Below, piece after piece: positions 1 through 11,845 of a DNA stretch of 64,000 nucleotides (positions are counted from its first letter, which is position 1; every line of letters starts with the position of its first letter). The stretch is from the human T2T-CHM13v2.0 reference genome, Homo sapiens. The position numbers and the translations under genes are program-made. Under the pieces are notes generated by a model, which saw only the letters and a program-made list of their open reading frames with translations, had not been told where the DNA came from and did not search any database. The DNA lies in NCBI RefSeq assembly GCF_009914755.1, contig NC_060938.1; one strand, written 5' to 3'.

Positions 1-1533
1 ACATCGGCCAGTACCCTATTCCCACACTCTTTGAACACAGGGGGCTGCCAGGAGTGGTGGTAGTGTGGGCATATCTCCATAGCCAACCAACCCCAGGCTG
101 AGGAGGAGGGAAAGGATGTTGCCATACGAAACATACTACGTGCTGGACGTTATTCTAACATTACATATCATAACTCATTTCGTAAACACCAAGGAGGCTA
201 GCATCCTCCTTCTCCAGCCACAGCAGAAGTTGCGCAAGGTGGAAATCTGGCCCTGCCCTGTTTAGGAAACTCATTGCAAGTAGAGGAACCGTGGGGTGAG
301 TAGGCTCCCAAATGGGTAGGACCAGATTGCTAGGTGGTCTCTTCCAGGTTGCAGACTCAGGCCATCTGACTCTAAGACCTAAGAACTTAATCCTACTCTC
401 TTCAAATGAAAACAGAAAGTCAGAGGAAGACAAGAAAGTTTTTCTTCTCACGACCTCCCATCAGATCAGCCCCATCTACATTAAACTTGTACCCGTGTCC
501 TTCATCAATCAGCTCAGTGGAAATGTTATTCTCACCCTTGGCCACCCAGATCAGGAAATCGGTCTGGACCATGAGTGACATGCTGGTGTTGGCCTTCTTC
601 ACCATAACTATAAGAAGCTGGAATGTTCCCCTCCAAGGCTATGAAAGAAGGATGGAGACAAGAAGGAAAAGACAGAAATTCTGTGAAAGTCTCAGGTCCT
701 TCCTCCTTTCGGAACCACTTCACATAATCCTCTTCCTCCCCAGGGGCTCCCGAAAGATTAGGCTTCACTTGCAGGTCCCAGGCCCTGGTCCTGCAGAGTG
801 GTTGGGCCTTTGGGGTCTCTCAGAGAGCCTAATCATTCTGTTTTCTGAACAAGTCATAGTTTTGCTGACTTCTGACCAAACCCCCATCGAAACCCAAGAG
901 TGGAAGTGTGATTGTGGTCATCTATACCCTGTCCCCCTACAGGACTCCCTGTCCCACGGGATGCAGCAGGCAGGTGTGGGAAAGCCTACCTGATGGCCGA
1001 GATCATTAAGCAGCGGCCCTCTGATTTTCTGTACAGCTACTCAGTGACTTGGAAGGGATTCTTTGCACTAACAAGCAGTGCCTCCACAAACAATGAGTTG
1101 AGGGGAAAGACTCAAAAGAGGCCGATACAATGCTGTTTGGGATGTTTCTCCCTTTGGCTGGCCTCAGGGGACTGGGCCCGTCATGTAATCACTGGAGATT
1201 TAGGGCCTAATTAAACTCTGGCATTGGGCCAGCATGCTGGTGGCCCCTTGAGTTTCCCATGTCCACCCATGTCTAGGGTATTAAACTCTAGACTGGGAGT
1301 GTGTACTGCTTAACTGATCCCACAGGAGCCAGCCCTCATTATCCAACAGGCTGGGTATTGGCAGCCCACAGGGCTCGGCATTGGCAGGTGCAGTCCTGGG
1401 GAGGACTGCATGCCTTTAGGTTAACGGTCCCTACATCTGCACCCGCTGGGGCCACAGTAGAGGGCTTTGTGGATCACCTCTGCCATTGGGACCCCTGGCA
1501 TTTCCTTCCTTTCATGGCCTGATAAAACCCAAG

Positions 1534-1678
1534 CTCTGAGAGTTAGCAAACTGATACCCTTTAATCATGCCTTATATTTATAAAGGCCTTTGTCCAGAGA
1601 ACTCCAAGTGCTCAAAAATGTCAATTAATTCACTCTCCCAGCCTCCTTTAGGGAAAAGCTGGTGGCAGGTGTCATCAT
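1534..1678. repeat. Left arm of 145-bp inverted duplication (partner 2292-2436)
   Basis: Manual alignment to the reverse complement of 2292-2436: 135/145 identical, no gaps. Confidence 0.95.
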
Positions 1679-2224
1679 CATCACCAGAGGTGGCCAAATC
1701 ATCTTCTTAGTGGGCTGTCCTGGATATTCTTTGTGTTTAAAGAGCATTTTGCTTCTGAGCACATGGTTGGGTTTTGCACAGCCTGAAGCATAAGAATTGA
1801 GGTATTTCCTTACTTTACAGCTCTAGAGAATTCTTGTGTGTGGGTACCCGTGAAACACAAACTGAGTGCATGCTTTCTTGAGTTTGGAAATTTTGTTATT
1901 GTTTGGTCTCAGCATTTGCTGGTAGTAAATAAGTAAGCAGAAGTAAGCTGCTTAAGTTCCCATGTAGTCCAAGACAGAGCAGACAAAAGACCTGATCCCC
2001 AAGCCCCACACCTGGCCCCAAGATCCCTCTGGGATTATCTTGCGGCCACTCTCTGAAGCCTTGGACCCTGTAGTTGATCTCGTAGCCACGTCTCACCAGT
2101 AACTTTTTTTTTGGTGGGGGGGTGGGTCCTGGCAAGAGATGGGTGATGTAGGAATGGCCTAGCTGCAGAAGGAGGACAGCCAGGTAGGACATCTGCCTGG
2201 CTCACCTCCTTCCTGGCCACAGAC

Positions 2225-2400
2225 TAGCTTTGTGACCTTGGTTGGCAGCGTCATTTTCATGTCGGCTATAGTTTCCATGCCTATAAACAGAATGATGATA
2301 CCTGCCACCAACTTTTCCCTAAAGGGGGCTGGGAGAGTGCATTAATTAATGTTTTTGAGCACTTGGAGTTCTTTGGAGAAAGGCCTTTATAAATATAAGG
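2225..2400 (+). mobile_element. MIR SINE fragment
   Basis: tgtgaccttgg...gtttccatgcctataaacagaatgatgatacctgcc resembles the MIR core. Confidence 0.65.
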
Positions 2401-2436
2401 CATGATTAAAGGATATCAGTTTGCTAACTCTCAGAG
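2292..2436. repeat. Right arm of 145-bp inverted duplication
   Basis: Reverse complement of 1534-1678; overlaps the 3' part of a MIR plus flanking DNA. Confidence 0.95.
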
Positions 2437-3285
2437 GAAGTACTTAATGGGATCAGGCCTGCATATGTTGATGACTGAGTTTCATTCTTCATTCAGATCT
2501 GCACAGGGCTCCCATCACTCAGCTCTGCCGCCATTCATGTGGTATTCTTCTGTTCTTTCATTTCTATATACTCATAGTAGGGGGCCCACAAATGCTGCCC
2601 TCCACATGCAGGCCCACTACCTCCCCTCCCTCTTGTCAAACCCAATGGCTTTTCCTCACTCTGCATTTTCCTTGTCCTTTCTGGAACATGACACTGGTCA
2701 CTACCCCTCCTCACCCTTGAAAGTCTTATTCTGTCATTCCCACAAGCCCAACAGGTCTAAACTGAAGTCATCATTGACCCCAAACCAATTCCCATCATTA
2801 CTGCCCTATTTCTCTTCACCATTCTCATGGGCCTGGATTCCAGGTCTTCCTCTCCACTGCCACCCCCTCTGTGCAAGCCTTATTGTCCCAACCTGCTTGG
2901 TCCTTTGAAAAGCCCATCCCTGGGCAGAAATGGGATGTGTATGTCCCTAAACTGCCCCCAAAGACCTCTCTGCACTGTATTTGACCTCTGGCCCTCCTGT
3001 TCCCTAACTGGCCTTGGTCTCCTGCTCCCTTACGTGGGCCGCTCCAGCTCTTCCCACCATGTGACCTGCCTTCCTGCTTGTCCACCTTCCTGTCTGGTCC
3101 CCAGACTCAGTTTCTACTCTCCCTCCCAGCAAGCTGGGACACACAAACATAGACATATGTTATGTTCACACAAACATAGACATATGTTCACATACCCCTC
3201 CCAGCATCCTGACTGGCCCAGCTGACCTCCCTCACCCACTCTGAATAACCAGCTCTCCCTCCTCCTGCCTTTGTCCAGTCCCATC

Positions 3286-3388
3286 TCTATTACTCAGGGC
3301 TCTCCAGAGAAACAGAACCAACAGGGTTGGATGCGGATAGATGGGTGGGTGGGTGGATGGATGATGGATGGATGGATAGCTAGCTAGC

Positions 3389-3425
<37 letters not shown>

Positions 3426-3718
3426 CATGATAGGTTGATATTAGATGATAGAAAAGCAAATAGAGTTTAAGAAATTGGTTTATGCAATTGTGGAGGCTGG
3501 CAAATCTGAAATCTGACCTCAGTCTCTTCTCTTAAGGCCTTTGACTGATTGGACAAGGCCCACCCACGTTGCGGAAGGTAATTTGATTACTCAAAGTCTA
3601 CTGATGGAAATGTTAATGTCATCTAAAGAATACCTTCACAGCAACACCTAGCCTAATATTTGACGAGATATCCAGGTACTATGACCTAGGCAAGTCAACA
3701 CATAACATTACCCATCAT
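3286..3718 (-). mobile_element. MLT2-type (ERVL) solo LTR with internal (TGGA)n/(TAGA)n microsatellite
   Basis: cagggctctccagagaaacagaacca start, gactgattggacaaggcccacccac, caagtcaacacataacattacc end match the MLT2 consensus. Confidence 0.85.
3341..3425. repeat. (TGGA)n/(TAGA)n tetranucleotide microsatellite
   Basis: Directly visible. Confidence 0.95.
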
Positions 3719-3719
3719 G

Positions 3720-3860
3720 CTTTTCATCTGGTCAGCAGTGCTCGTATAAATCTCCTGAAACATTGCTCTCACCACAATGCTTCCCTGCTCCAAAACCTAA
3801 ACACCCATATGCCTGACATGCAATAGGGACAGGTACATATTTGTTGAGTGAATAAATAAT
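3720..3860 (+). mobile_element. L2 3' end fragment
   Basis: gcctgacatgcaatagg...atatttgttgagtgaataaa, typical L2 terminus. Confidence 0.6.
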
Positions 3861-5964
3861 GAGGAGCCTTTGGGATGGGCTACACTCTGCTCAATGCAGC
3901 AAACCATTTTGAGGGCCTAATGTCTGGAGCTGAGGATATGACTATCAAAGCTGCCCTTACGTGTTCCTCTCCTCTCCCTCTAGTGTCTCAAGGCCAGAGT
4001 CCGAACCTCAGACATCTCTAATCCCCCATAGTACCCAATGGAGTGCCTTATATGGATTAGGCCCTCAATCACTTGTGGGTTAATTTTATTCTCTTTATTG
4101 ATCCCTATATCAAATTTACCTGAAATATTATAGGTTTTTAGGGCGTCACTTATGAAATCATAAACTGTAGTGCCAAATCTGCTTCCACTTTTGTTTTTAA
4201 GGCACACATGCAAAGAGCTATTTCCACAATCAGGAAGGGTGGAAATAGCTCAGAACACTGACAGTGGTCTGTAGGGATGGGTGGCTTCTATGGGATTTTT
4301 TATACTTTTCTGTGTCTTCCAAATTGTCCTCTGTGACCACGTGTTGCTTTTACAACCATAAAACATGTTATCTGTTTTTTTCATTTATCTTTTCGATTTG
4401 GGGGTCTGTTCTCAGCTCTTTTTTGGGGTCCCCATCATGCCTCCTGGCTTCCTTTTGAAAATAAGGCAACCCGAGACTTCCTTGTAAAAGTCTGTGAGGT
4501 CATAAAAGGCCAAGTTAACTGCAAATGGTTGTTCTGTTTTAATTCTGTTGAAGTGTCAGGTAACATGGACTTATAATAAAAGCACTTGGGGAGTTAATGA
4601 TTACTGCTGTTGTCAAGCTGTCCCAAAGACAGAGAGGGAGCCTGCACACGCCGCGTCTCGCCTTGGGCCGCTCCTTCAGTGTATCCAGCCCTGCGGCCGC
4701 GCTGGCCCCCTGTCCGCATGCTGTCAGGCTACCTCCGTGCCAGACGACCAACACCCAGCCACAGTGGAAATGACTGTTCCTTCAACTTTCTTCAGCCCCT
4801 GCCTGCTGGGGTCTCCGGAGGGAAGCGTTCACTCTAGCCCAAATGAAACAGAGCTCCAGAAAAACCACAGTGGAGGCCACAGCGGCCTCAGGCCCTGAAC
4901 TTTGTATTTCTTAGCCCGCCGGGATTGCTGGCTGCTGGGTGTCATGTAACTCCCAAAAATGTGAAGGGAAAACCAAAGAGCCTGAGAAGCGCAGACGTCT
5001 CCTGGCTGGGGAGTCCGTCTAGAAAGTCGCCTTTCATGGTGAGGCCAGGTGCACGCGAGAGTGGCTGGAGAAGGTGGGGTGAGCCCAGAACAGGGAGGCC
5101 CGGCCCACTCCCAGGCTGAAACTCCGAGAAACTCCCCCTGCACAAGGCCACGCCAATGAAGTCCCCTTCCCTTCTGGAAAGGGTCCTACACAAATTGCTA
5201 GGGTTTCCAGTGTGATATTTGACAAGTGCAAAGGGCTGGAAATATTCTAGAGATTTTTTCAGCTTCGTACAATTATCGGTGGCCACTGAGCCCATCTCAC
5301 CTCCTGCGGTGTCCCGCCAGTGGCTGCACCAGCCAGGCGGGGCTGCCTTTTGTCCCTGATCCTGTCAGCCCTCCAGTAAAGTGTGCTTAACCAGGTGCCC
5401 CAGGAGAGCAGGGGGCCAGCTCCATGTCCTCATGGGTGTGCAGCCCCTCAGCCCTTCCTCGGCCCTGCCCATTAACAGCTGTGACCGCAGAAAATGCCCC
5501 AGCGGCAGCGCCATGGTCCCCAGGGCTGCCCTCCTGCCTCCCTCTAAGTCATCGAAGGTCAAGGTTGGAGAAATCTTAGTGCCCATGGGCCCTCCTCCTC
5601 ACTGAGGAGCAGAGCACTGGCTCAGGCTCACTGAGGACAGGGCCACGCTGCTCTGGTCTCATGTACTTTTGTATTCTGGGAGCCTAGCACTCAGGGCTCC
5701 CTGAGTGAGTGAATGAATGAGTGAGTGAACTAGCTCCTGTGTTCTCGTCTTTTCTTCGGAGAGTGACACTTTGGACAGGTCATGTTTACTCCATCCCCTC
5801 AGCTTTTCAGTAAAACGAGCCCACCAGTGTTCATTTCCTTCATATAACCGCTGGCATCAAGCCAGCAACCTTGTGGCTCCTCAGATGCCCACCGGTGTGG
5901 CCCGGGCGGTGCTGCAGCCTCCCTCGCTCCAGCCCTCAAGGGAGGCCTCACTGACATCAGCCTC

Positions 5965-6659
5965 TGCATTAGTTTCTTATAAGGCTGACTTGGTCAAGTT
6001 TTACTTAAAATAACAGAAATGCACTCTTTCACATTTCTGGATCCGAGAAGTCCAAAATCAAGGTGTCACAGCAGGGCGGGTTCCTTCTCGATGCGCTGAG
6101 GGAGAGCCTGTGTTATATGTAAAATATTTGTTTAGAAACAGAATGCTCGTTCCCTGGTGCTGCAAAGAAATAGCACTCAAACATAAATTTAATTCTCTCA
6201 GCAAGGCCATTTTTACTTTCTGCAGAAAGGGTGCTCATCGCAGATGGAACAATGGTGAGAGTACACTCGAACAAAGGAGGGAATCAATTTTTATTCCTTA
6301 CACAGTTTGTCCCTGCTACTGTGTCTTGTCTCCATTGGCTGGAGCCAGACATGACAATCTAAACTAAAACCCGACTGGCTAACAGTTTAACAAGAAGGGA
6401 AACTTTGGAGAGGAACTTTTACTTTCTACAGCCTGTCCCAGGCCTCCTCTAGCCCCTGGTGTGCTTGGGCGTGCACCTCCATCTGCACATGTGCTCTCTC
6501 TCTCTTCTCATAAGGACAGTAGTCAGATTGGACGAAGGGCCTACCCCACTCCTGTGTCTTAACTAATTACATCTACAGCGACCCTATTTCCAAATAAGGT
6601 CACGTTCTGAGGCTCTGGAAAGGACATGAATTTGGGGGGACACTATCCAACACAGTACA
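5965..6659 (-). mobile_element. MLT1 (MaLR, MLT1B-like) solo LTR interrupted by an LTR10C-like insertion
   Basis: gaagtccaaaatcaaggtgtc, ccctatttccaaataaggtcac and ggacatgaatttggggggacactat motifs; flanks gcctc/gcctt. Confidence 0.85.
6111..6430 (-). mobile_element. LTR10C-like (ERV1) solo LTR, probably internally deleted
   Basis: Minus strand begins TGTAGAAAGTAAAAGTTCCTCTCCAAAGTTTCCCTTCTTGTTAAA and ends ..AACA; GCCTG duplicated at 6106-6110 and 6431-6435. Confidence 0.8.
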
Positions 6660-6884
6660 GCCTTCCTGCCCCCCTGCAAAGTTTCGTCTTGCTCTCCACC
6701 CGCCCCTAACCTCTGCACCCTTTCTTTAGCTGGGGGTGGGCTTCTGGAATGCAGTCTCATTCGCCCACTAGTCTAAGTGTGGTTGGTAGGTAGAGGGTAG
6801 GGGACACGCTGTCTGTGCCACCGTTTCCCGCCAGGGACATAGACACTCTCAGGATCCCTGAACTCTGAAGTCTAAACTGTCAGT

Positions 6885-7060
6885 CAGTGTCCCCAGCGGA
6901 AGCTGCACTTGAGAATCACCCGGGAGCTTTTAAAACACAGTGTGCCCTAACCACACTCCCAGGAACTCTGGTGCACTTGGGCCGGGTGGGACTCTGGCAT
7001 GAGTATTGTTTGAAAGTTCATCAGGTGATTCTAAGGTGCAGCCTAGGACCGGAACAACTG
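6885..7060. mobile_element. MER5-type hAT-Charlie MITE
   Basis: gaatcacccgggagctt...caggtgattctaaggtgcagc, ends cagtg/caactg. Confidence 0.75.
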
Positions 7061-7544
7061 TGTAAGATGCTGTGAAAACAGCTCCATCTCACCTTCACCA
7101 GGAATATGAGCAGCTCACTGCCTAGTGAGGCTCGAATACCCATTAGGAAGAGCCAAGCCAGGCTTCTTAGGGTGGGTTCCCTGGCAACACTTCCCAAACT
7201 CTCCCACCAAGCTCCCAGGAGGCAGGAGGGAGCAAACACATACTCTGCAGAACCGGAAACAGATGGCAGCAAGCACCACGTGTCCTTGAAGTTTTCTGGT
7301 TTTGCTTTTAAAATTGGAATTTTTGCATCTTCTTCTACAATATCACCATCTTGTTTTACAACCTAAAAAAAGATTTCATTATGTTGACTTTTTTTCCTCC
7401 AAAAATATCTGAGTGTAGAAATGAGGCTCTGGAAAGGTATGCCATGTTTAAACTGTGGTTTTGTATGGTCCTTGACACACCATTGGGTTCCCTGGGGTTC
7501 CTGACTTTGAAAAACCCAGCCACAAAGAGTTAAAGAGGGTGGGA

Positions 7545-7835
7545 GCCAATCTGTTTAACCTTTGGAAGGAATCGCATCTTAGACGAAAACCTAGGCACAG
7601 AGAAGTTAAGCAGCTCATTCAAGATGACACAGTTTGTTATTAACTGAGTCGGAACTGTACCTCAGGACCCACCTTTCCCACTGCATTGATCTGGGGCAAC
7701 TGCTAATTTGCTGTGTGACCTTGTCTAGTTCTCTTTACTTCTCTGTGTCAGTTTTCCTACGCATAAGATGATGATAACATCTGATCCACCCAACTTCTTC
7801 AGTAGTTGAGGAGGCTCAGGTGTGTAGAGGCATGT
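7545..7835. mobile_element. Two MIR fragments in opposite orientation
   Basis: aggcacagagaagttaagcagctcattcaagatgacacag and gctgtgtgaccttg...ctctgtgtcagttttcct cores. Confidence 0.65.
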
Positions 7836-7837
7836 TG

Positions 7838-7921
7838 AAATTAGGGAGTGTCACATGTAAACTGTGGCATGTCATGTGTAAATTATGGAGTGTCATATGT
7901 AAATTATAAAGTGTCACATGT
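7838..7921. repeat. Minisatellite, 4 x 21 bp (consensus AAATTATGGAGTGTCAYATGT)
   Basis: Units start at 7838, 7859, 7880, 7901. Confidence 0.9.
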
Positions 7922-10859
7922 AAAAACAAGGCGCCGTAATTTAAGTCCAGCCTCACACTTCTAGGTGAGGCACAGTGATTGCAGTAAGAGTGACTTTTCC
8001 AGGGTCATGCGGGCGGGCCACTGAGGGAAACACAGTGTAGTGCACCCAGCCCCTCTGAGCCCGTGCAGAGGCTTAAGGGAGCTCCAGTGTTCCAGTTCCA
8101 GGGAAGGCTGAGGCTGGGAGCTCATGCCAGTACTTCTGTTTGCTCTCCATTGGTCCCAGCTTTTATCTGCCCAGCACCAGTTTGAAAACAACCTTCTTGT
8201 CCCAATCCTGAGAGTATCCTTTCGAAAGAGTAAGTCATGGAAAAATGCGTGGCAAACAACAACAATGCCAGCACCTTCTTTCTCCTTTCACAAGGCCACA
8301 GAGACCCTCCCCCACAGCCCATCTCTTCCAGAGGAAGTCTGCGGCCAGCCCTGCTCCAGACCCCTCCCTTGCCAGCCCAGGCCCGTGAGGCTCCTCAGCC
8401 CACGTCCGCCCTTTTCTGTTTACACTGGGAGATGAGCTTCTGCCGAGCTTAAGTGCAGTTCTGGCCCTTTTGTTTGTTTTTAAGTCAAGTTACAACTTTG
8501 CTCCTGGATTTATTGCAAATTCCATTTATCTTCTTCCCGGGGTCTCTGCACAAAGCCTTTGTGTCTTCCTCTTCTGCTGTGGACAGATACCATGGGGCAC
8601 CAGGAAAGGACGGGGAGCACACAGCCCCGGGGAGGCGCACTCTAAGGAGGGCCAAAGCCATCCTGCGGGGTGCTGGGGAGGAAGACGGGGGCTGGCAATG
8701 TAGGAGGAGGGGCTGTCGATTACCCGGGAGGACAGGCCCGGCCCTACCTCGTGCCCCTTCTCACACAGGCCTCCAGAGGAAAGAAGAGCCAGGCCGAAAG
8801 GCAAAGAAATCCCAGACCTCAGGGGAAGGAATCAAGAAAAGAAGGTTCTGGTTTGAGTGGAAGGAGCCCGTGGCACTTTCTAGCCAGGGGTGGTATGAGG
8901 CCAAAGGTTCTGAGAGGCCTGAGAAAGGACACCTAGGTCTGCTGAGGGCGGTAGGCCTGAGGGTTGGGCACAGCGCGTGCCATGAGAGACCACCCCAGGT
9001 GCAGCTGGGCACCAGCACAGTCTCTCAGCTTCCCTGCCCTTCTCTTAGGCCTCCCCAACCCTCTCCAAACACCACATTTCCAGAAACTGCTGATGAAGAG
9101 CAAACAACTCCAAACTGAAGCTCACCAGGGAGAGAAAGAGAATCAAACTGAGCTGAACAAATTGCGAGTGGGGCGTCCAGCTGTGCTGTTGGCTTGTCTC
9201 TCTAAGAGGGGAAGTGCTGAGGGCCTGTCCCCCACCACCACCCCGAGTCCTTCCCTAGTGAGAGTTCCCTGGCTTGGGAGCACGCAGGAGATGCTCGGCT
9301 TCAGAGGGGCCTTGCTTGAGCGTGGTGAGGAAGTCCCGGGGCTGTGAAAGAGGAAATGCTGGACTCTCCCTGCCTAAGGGCCTGACCTAGAATGGGGCTT
9401 TAACCTCCCTGGAGGAGGAGAGCAGCTGCAGGTAGCTGGCGGCTGCAGAGTACTCCTGGGCAGGCTGTAGGGCCATGGGTCAGTAGCTGAAGGAGCCACC
9501 TTTCATGCCCTCCCCTCACCATCACAGTTCCCGGGCATGAAACTCAGGCATCAGCACCTCAGCCCAGGCCCTCAAGGAGTGGGGTTAAGTGAGCATGAAC
9601 AGAGCAGGCCCCCTTTGCCTCTGGGAGCCTCCTGGCTTCCCAACAGGTGCTATCGCTGAATGAAGAGGAGGGCTGTCCACAGCAGTTTCCCCAGCCAAGG
9701 CTCTGGGCTCCAGCCCTGCTGGTCCCTCTTCCTCTGTCACCCATCAGCTCTGCAGCCGGCCCAGATACTCCCTTCTCCATGCTGTGGCCCCTCCTCCGGG
9801 GCCCCCACTTCTCAACCTCTGCACTGGTCTATCTGTCACTTACCTGCCTGGCTCCCTCAGACACCTCCAGCCATCTACCCTGAGACCTTGGCTGCTGATG
9901 TCCACTCTCTGGCCGCAGCTTCCTCCCTTCACCTGTTCCTTCTCCTGCTGTCACCCTGGCTCTTGTGCCCCCGCCTCTCCCTCTAGAAGCTTCCCTGGGC
10001 TCCCTTGCCCGCCTGATCTCAGGCATTCAGCACCCTCACTCTCAACTTTACTCAGGCCTGCCCCGAGGGCCCCTCATGGCCATCCACTGCATTCACTCCA
10101 AACCTTCGGCTGCCAGGCCCCAGAGGAGGTGCGGCTGCAGGCCCAGCACAGGCTGAGTCTGGCTCTCCCCTGAGGCCACTGTCAGTGGCCACTGTCACTC
10201 TCCTCAGATGCCCCAGATCCCCACCTCTACCTTCTACCTGCAGAATCTCTCAGCACGCCCCTTACTGAGCAGGTCCAGGCCTTCCCACAGGGCCCCTGGA
10301 GTCTCCTCTCACCCCCCTCAGAGCTCACTCACTCACACCACCACCCTTCCTTCCCTCGAGAGCAGAGGATGTCCCCACCTCCTTTGCAAAACTAACTTCC
10401 ATACCTGGGTGCAAATGCAACAGCTCCTGTGTCTTCCACACCAAGTGGCCGCCGTCCTCAGCCTGGACCGGAAGCTGTGTGGCAGCAGGATCTCCAGTGC
10501 TTCCAGTGCACAGCCACAAGCATGGCGTCCTCTTCCTTGTCCTAAAAGGGCTTCCCTTAGATGGCTTTCTCTCAGCACACCATCTCTGCTCTTGTCCCCC
10601 GTATCACACACTTCTCACTGGGTCCTTTCACCTTCCTCTTCTCCAGCCCTGGCCATCGGCTGCTACTGAAGGCCATTCTCAGTGGCCCAGGAGCCAACCC
10701 CCTAGCTGCCTCCTCAGAGTTTCTGGGCTTCCCACCCACCCTTTGCCTCCCCTCCATGGGTTCTCCTGGTGACTTCCTGCCAGGCTTCCATTTTCTCTCC
10801 ATCCCCGTGCTTTTTACCTGCTCCTCTGCTGGCCGGGCCTCCTCTCCCAGCACATCGCT

Positions 10860-11710
10860 TCTGTCTCTCTCCTCCGCGTCCACATCTTCAGCCAGTGCTT
10901 CCATGAGCCCCCGATTTCCAGCTCCCCAGATCCCCACATTTCTACCGGCCTACTCTGCTGGCCGTCTCTGCTTAGACACCCTGCAGAACTTCTCACGAAA
11001 TTGAACTGATCATCTCCTCCCCAAACCTCTCCTTGAGGCTGTTTGTCTCTTTCTGTATTTCTACCCTCCCCACTGCCCAGGCTCAAAACCCAGCATTCTC
11101 TTCATCTCTTTCTTCTCTGTCTCCCTGCATGTCTGGTCAGCCTCCGGATGCCTGAAGGAGCTTCTGCTCTATTTTTCAGATCCCTCCCACTCCGGTGTTG
11201 CTATCTGAATTCAAACCCTTTCCTTCTCCTCCCTGGACCTTACCTCTCAGCCTTTGGGCCTCGCTTCCCGTGGTCTCCCTGTCCTTGGACACAGAGCCCA
11301 TCAGAGTGGCCTGTCTCCCTTTCAGAAACCCATATGAGCTCCACATGCATGTGGCTCCCCTGCCAGGAACAGGCCTCCCTGTCCTCCCGTACAACCTCAC
11401 TGCCGCCACTTGTCACTCAGCAGATGTTGCCTGAGTCCCTGCCATGTGATATGTACCTGTGCTCACACCATAGCCACCTGCTGCTCACTCCCAGAACTGA
11501 CCCTCTGCACCTACCCAGTCTTCTGGTCCCTCTTTTTGTTCGCCTGTTTTATCTTCCAGAGACACCTCCTGTTCTTTACATCCATTTCCACCCATCAGCA
11601 CCTTATTCAATCGTACTCAAGGCCTACCTCCTCCAAAGGTGAAACCAATTTCTCTCCTGCCTCATTTTCCCTTAAAATACTGTTCATTCCCTATTATAAC
11701 CACATCTGAA

Positions 11711-11768
<58 letters not shown>

Positions 11769-11845
11769 ATCTCCCTAGTTGTGTAACCCTGCAGGCCATG
11801 AACAGTTATTATTCAATGTTGTTTCCTACACATCTTTAATAAAAG
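10860..11845 (+). mobile_element. Degraded L2 LINE region
   Basis: Pyrimidine-rich L2-like motifs (aaattgaactgatcatctcctccccaaacct; tactcaaggcctacctcctcca). Confidence 0.6.
11717..11767. repeat. (TG)n microsatellite, ~25 units
   Basis: Directly visible. Confidence 0.97.

Noticed and set aside
406-993. 195-aa plus-strand ORF
   Set aside because: No recognisable domain; local splice signals favour the opposite strand; length achievable by chance
7838-7921. CRISPR-like array
   Set aside because: Head-to-tail units with no unique spacers, eukaryotic context, no cas genes
8453-9118. 221-aa ORF
   Set aside because: Non-ATG (GTG) start, GC-rich low-complexity composition, no recognised homology
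11043-11642. 199-aa Leu/Ser/Pro-rich ORF
   Set aside because: Product of pyrimidine-rich L2-derived sequence
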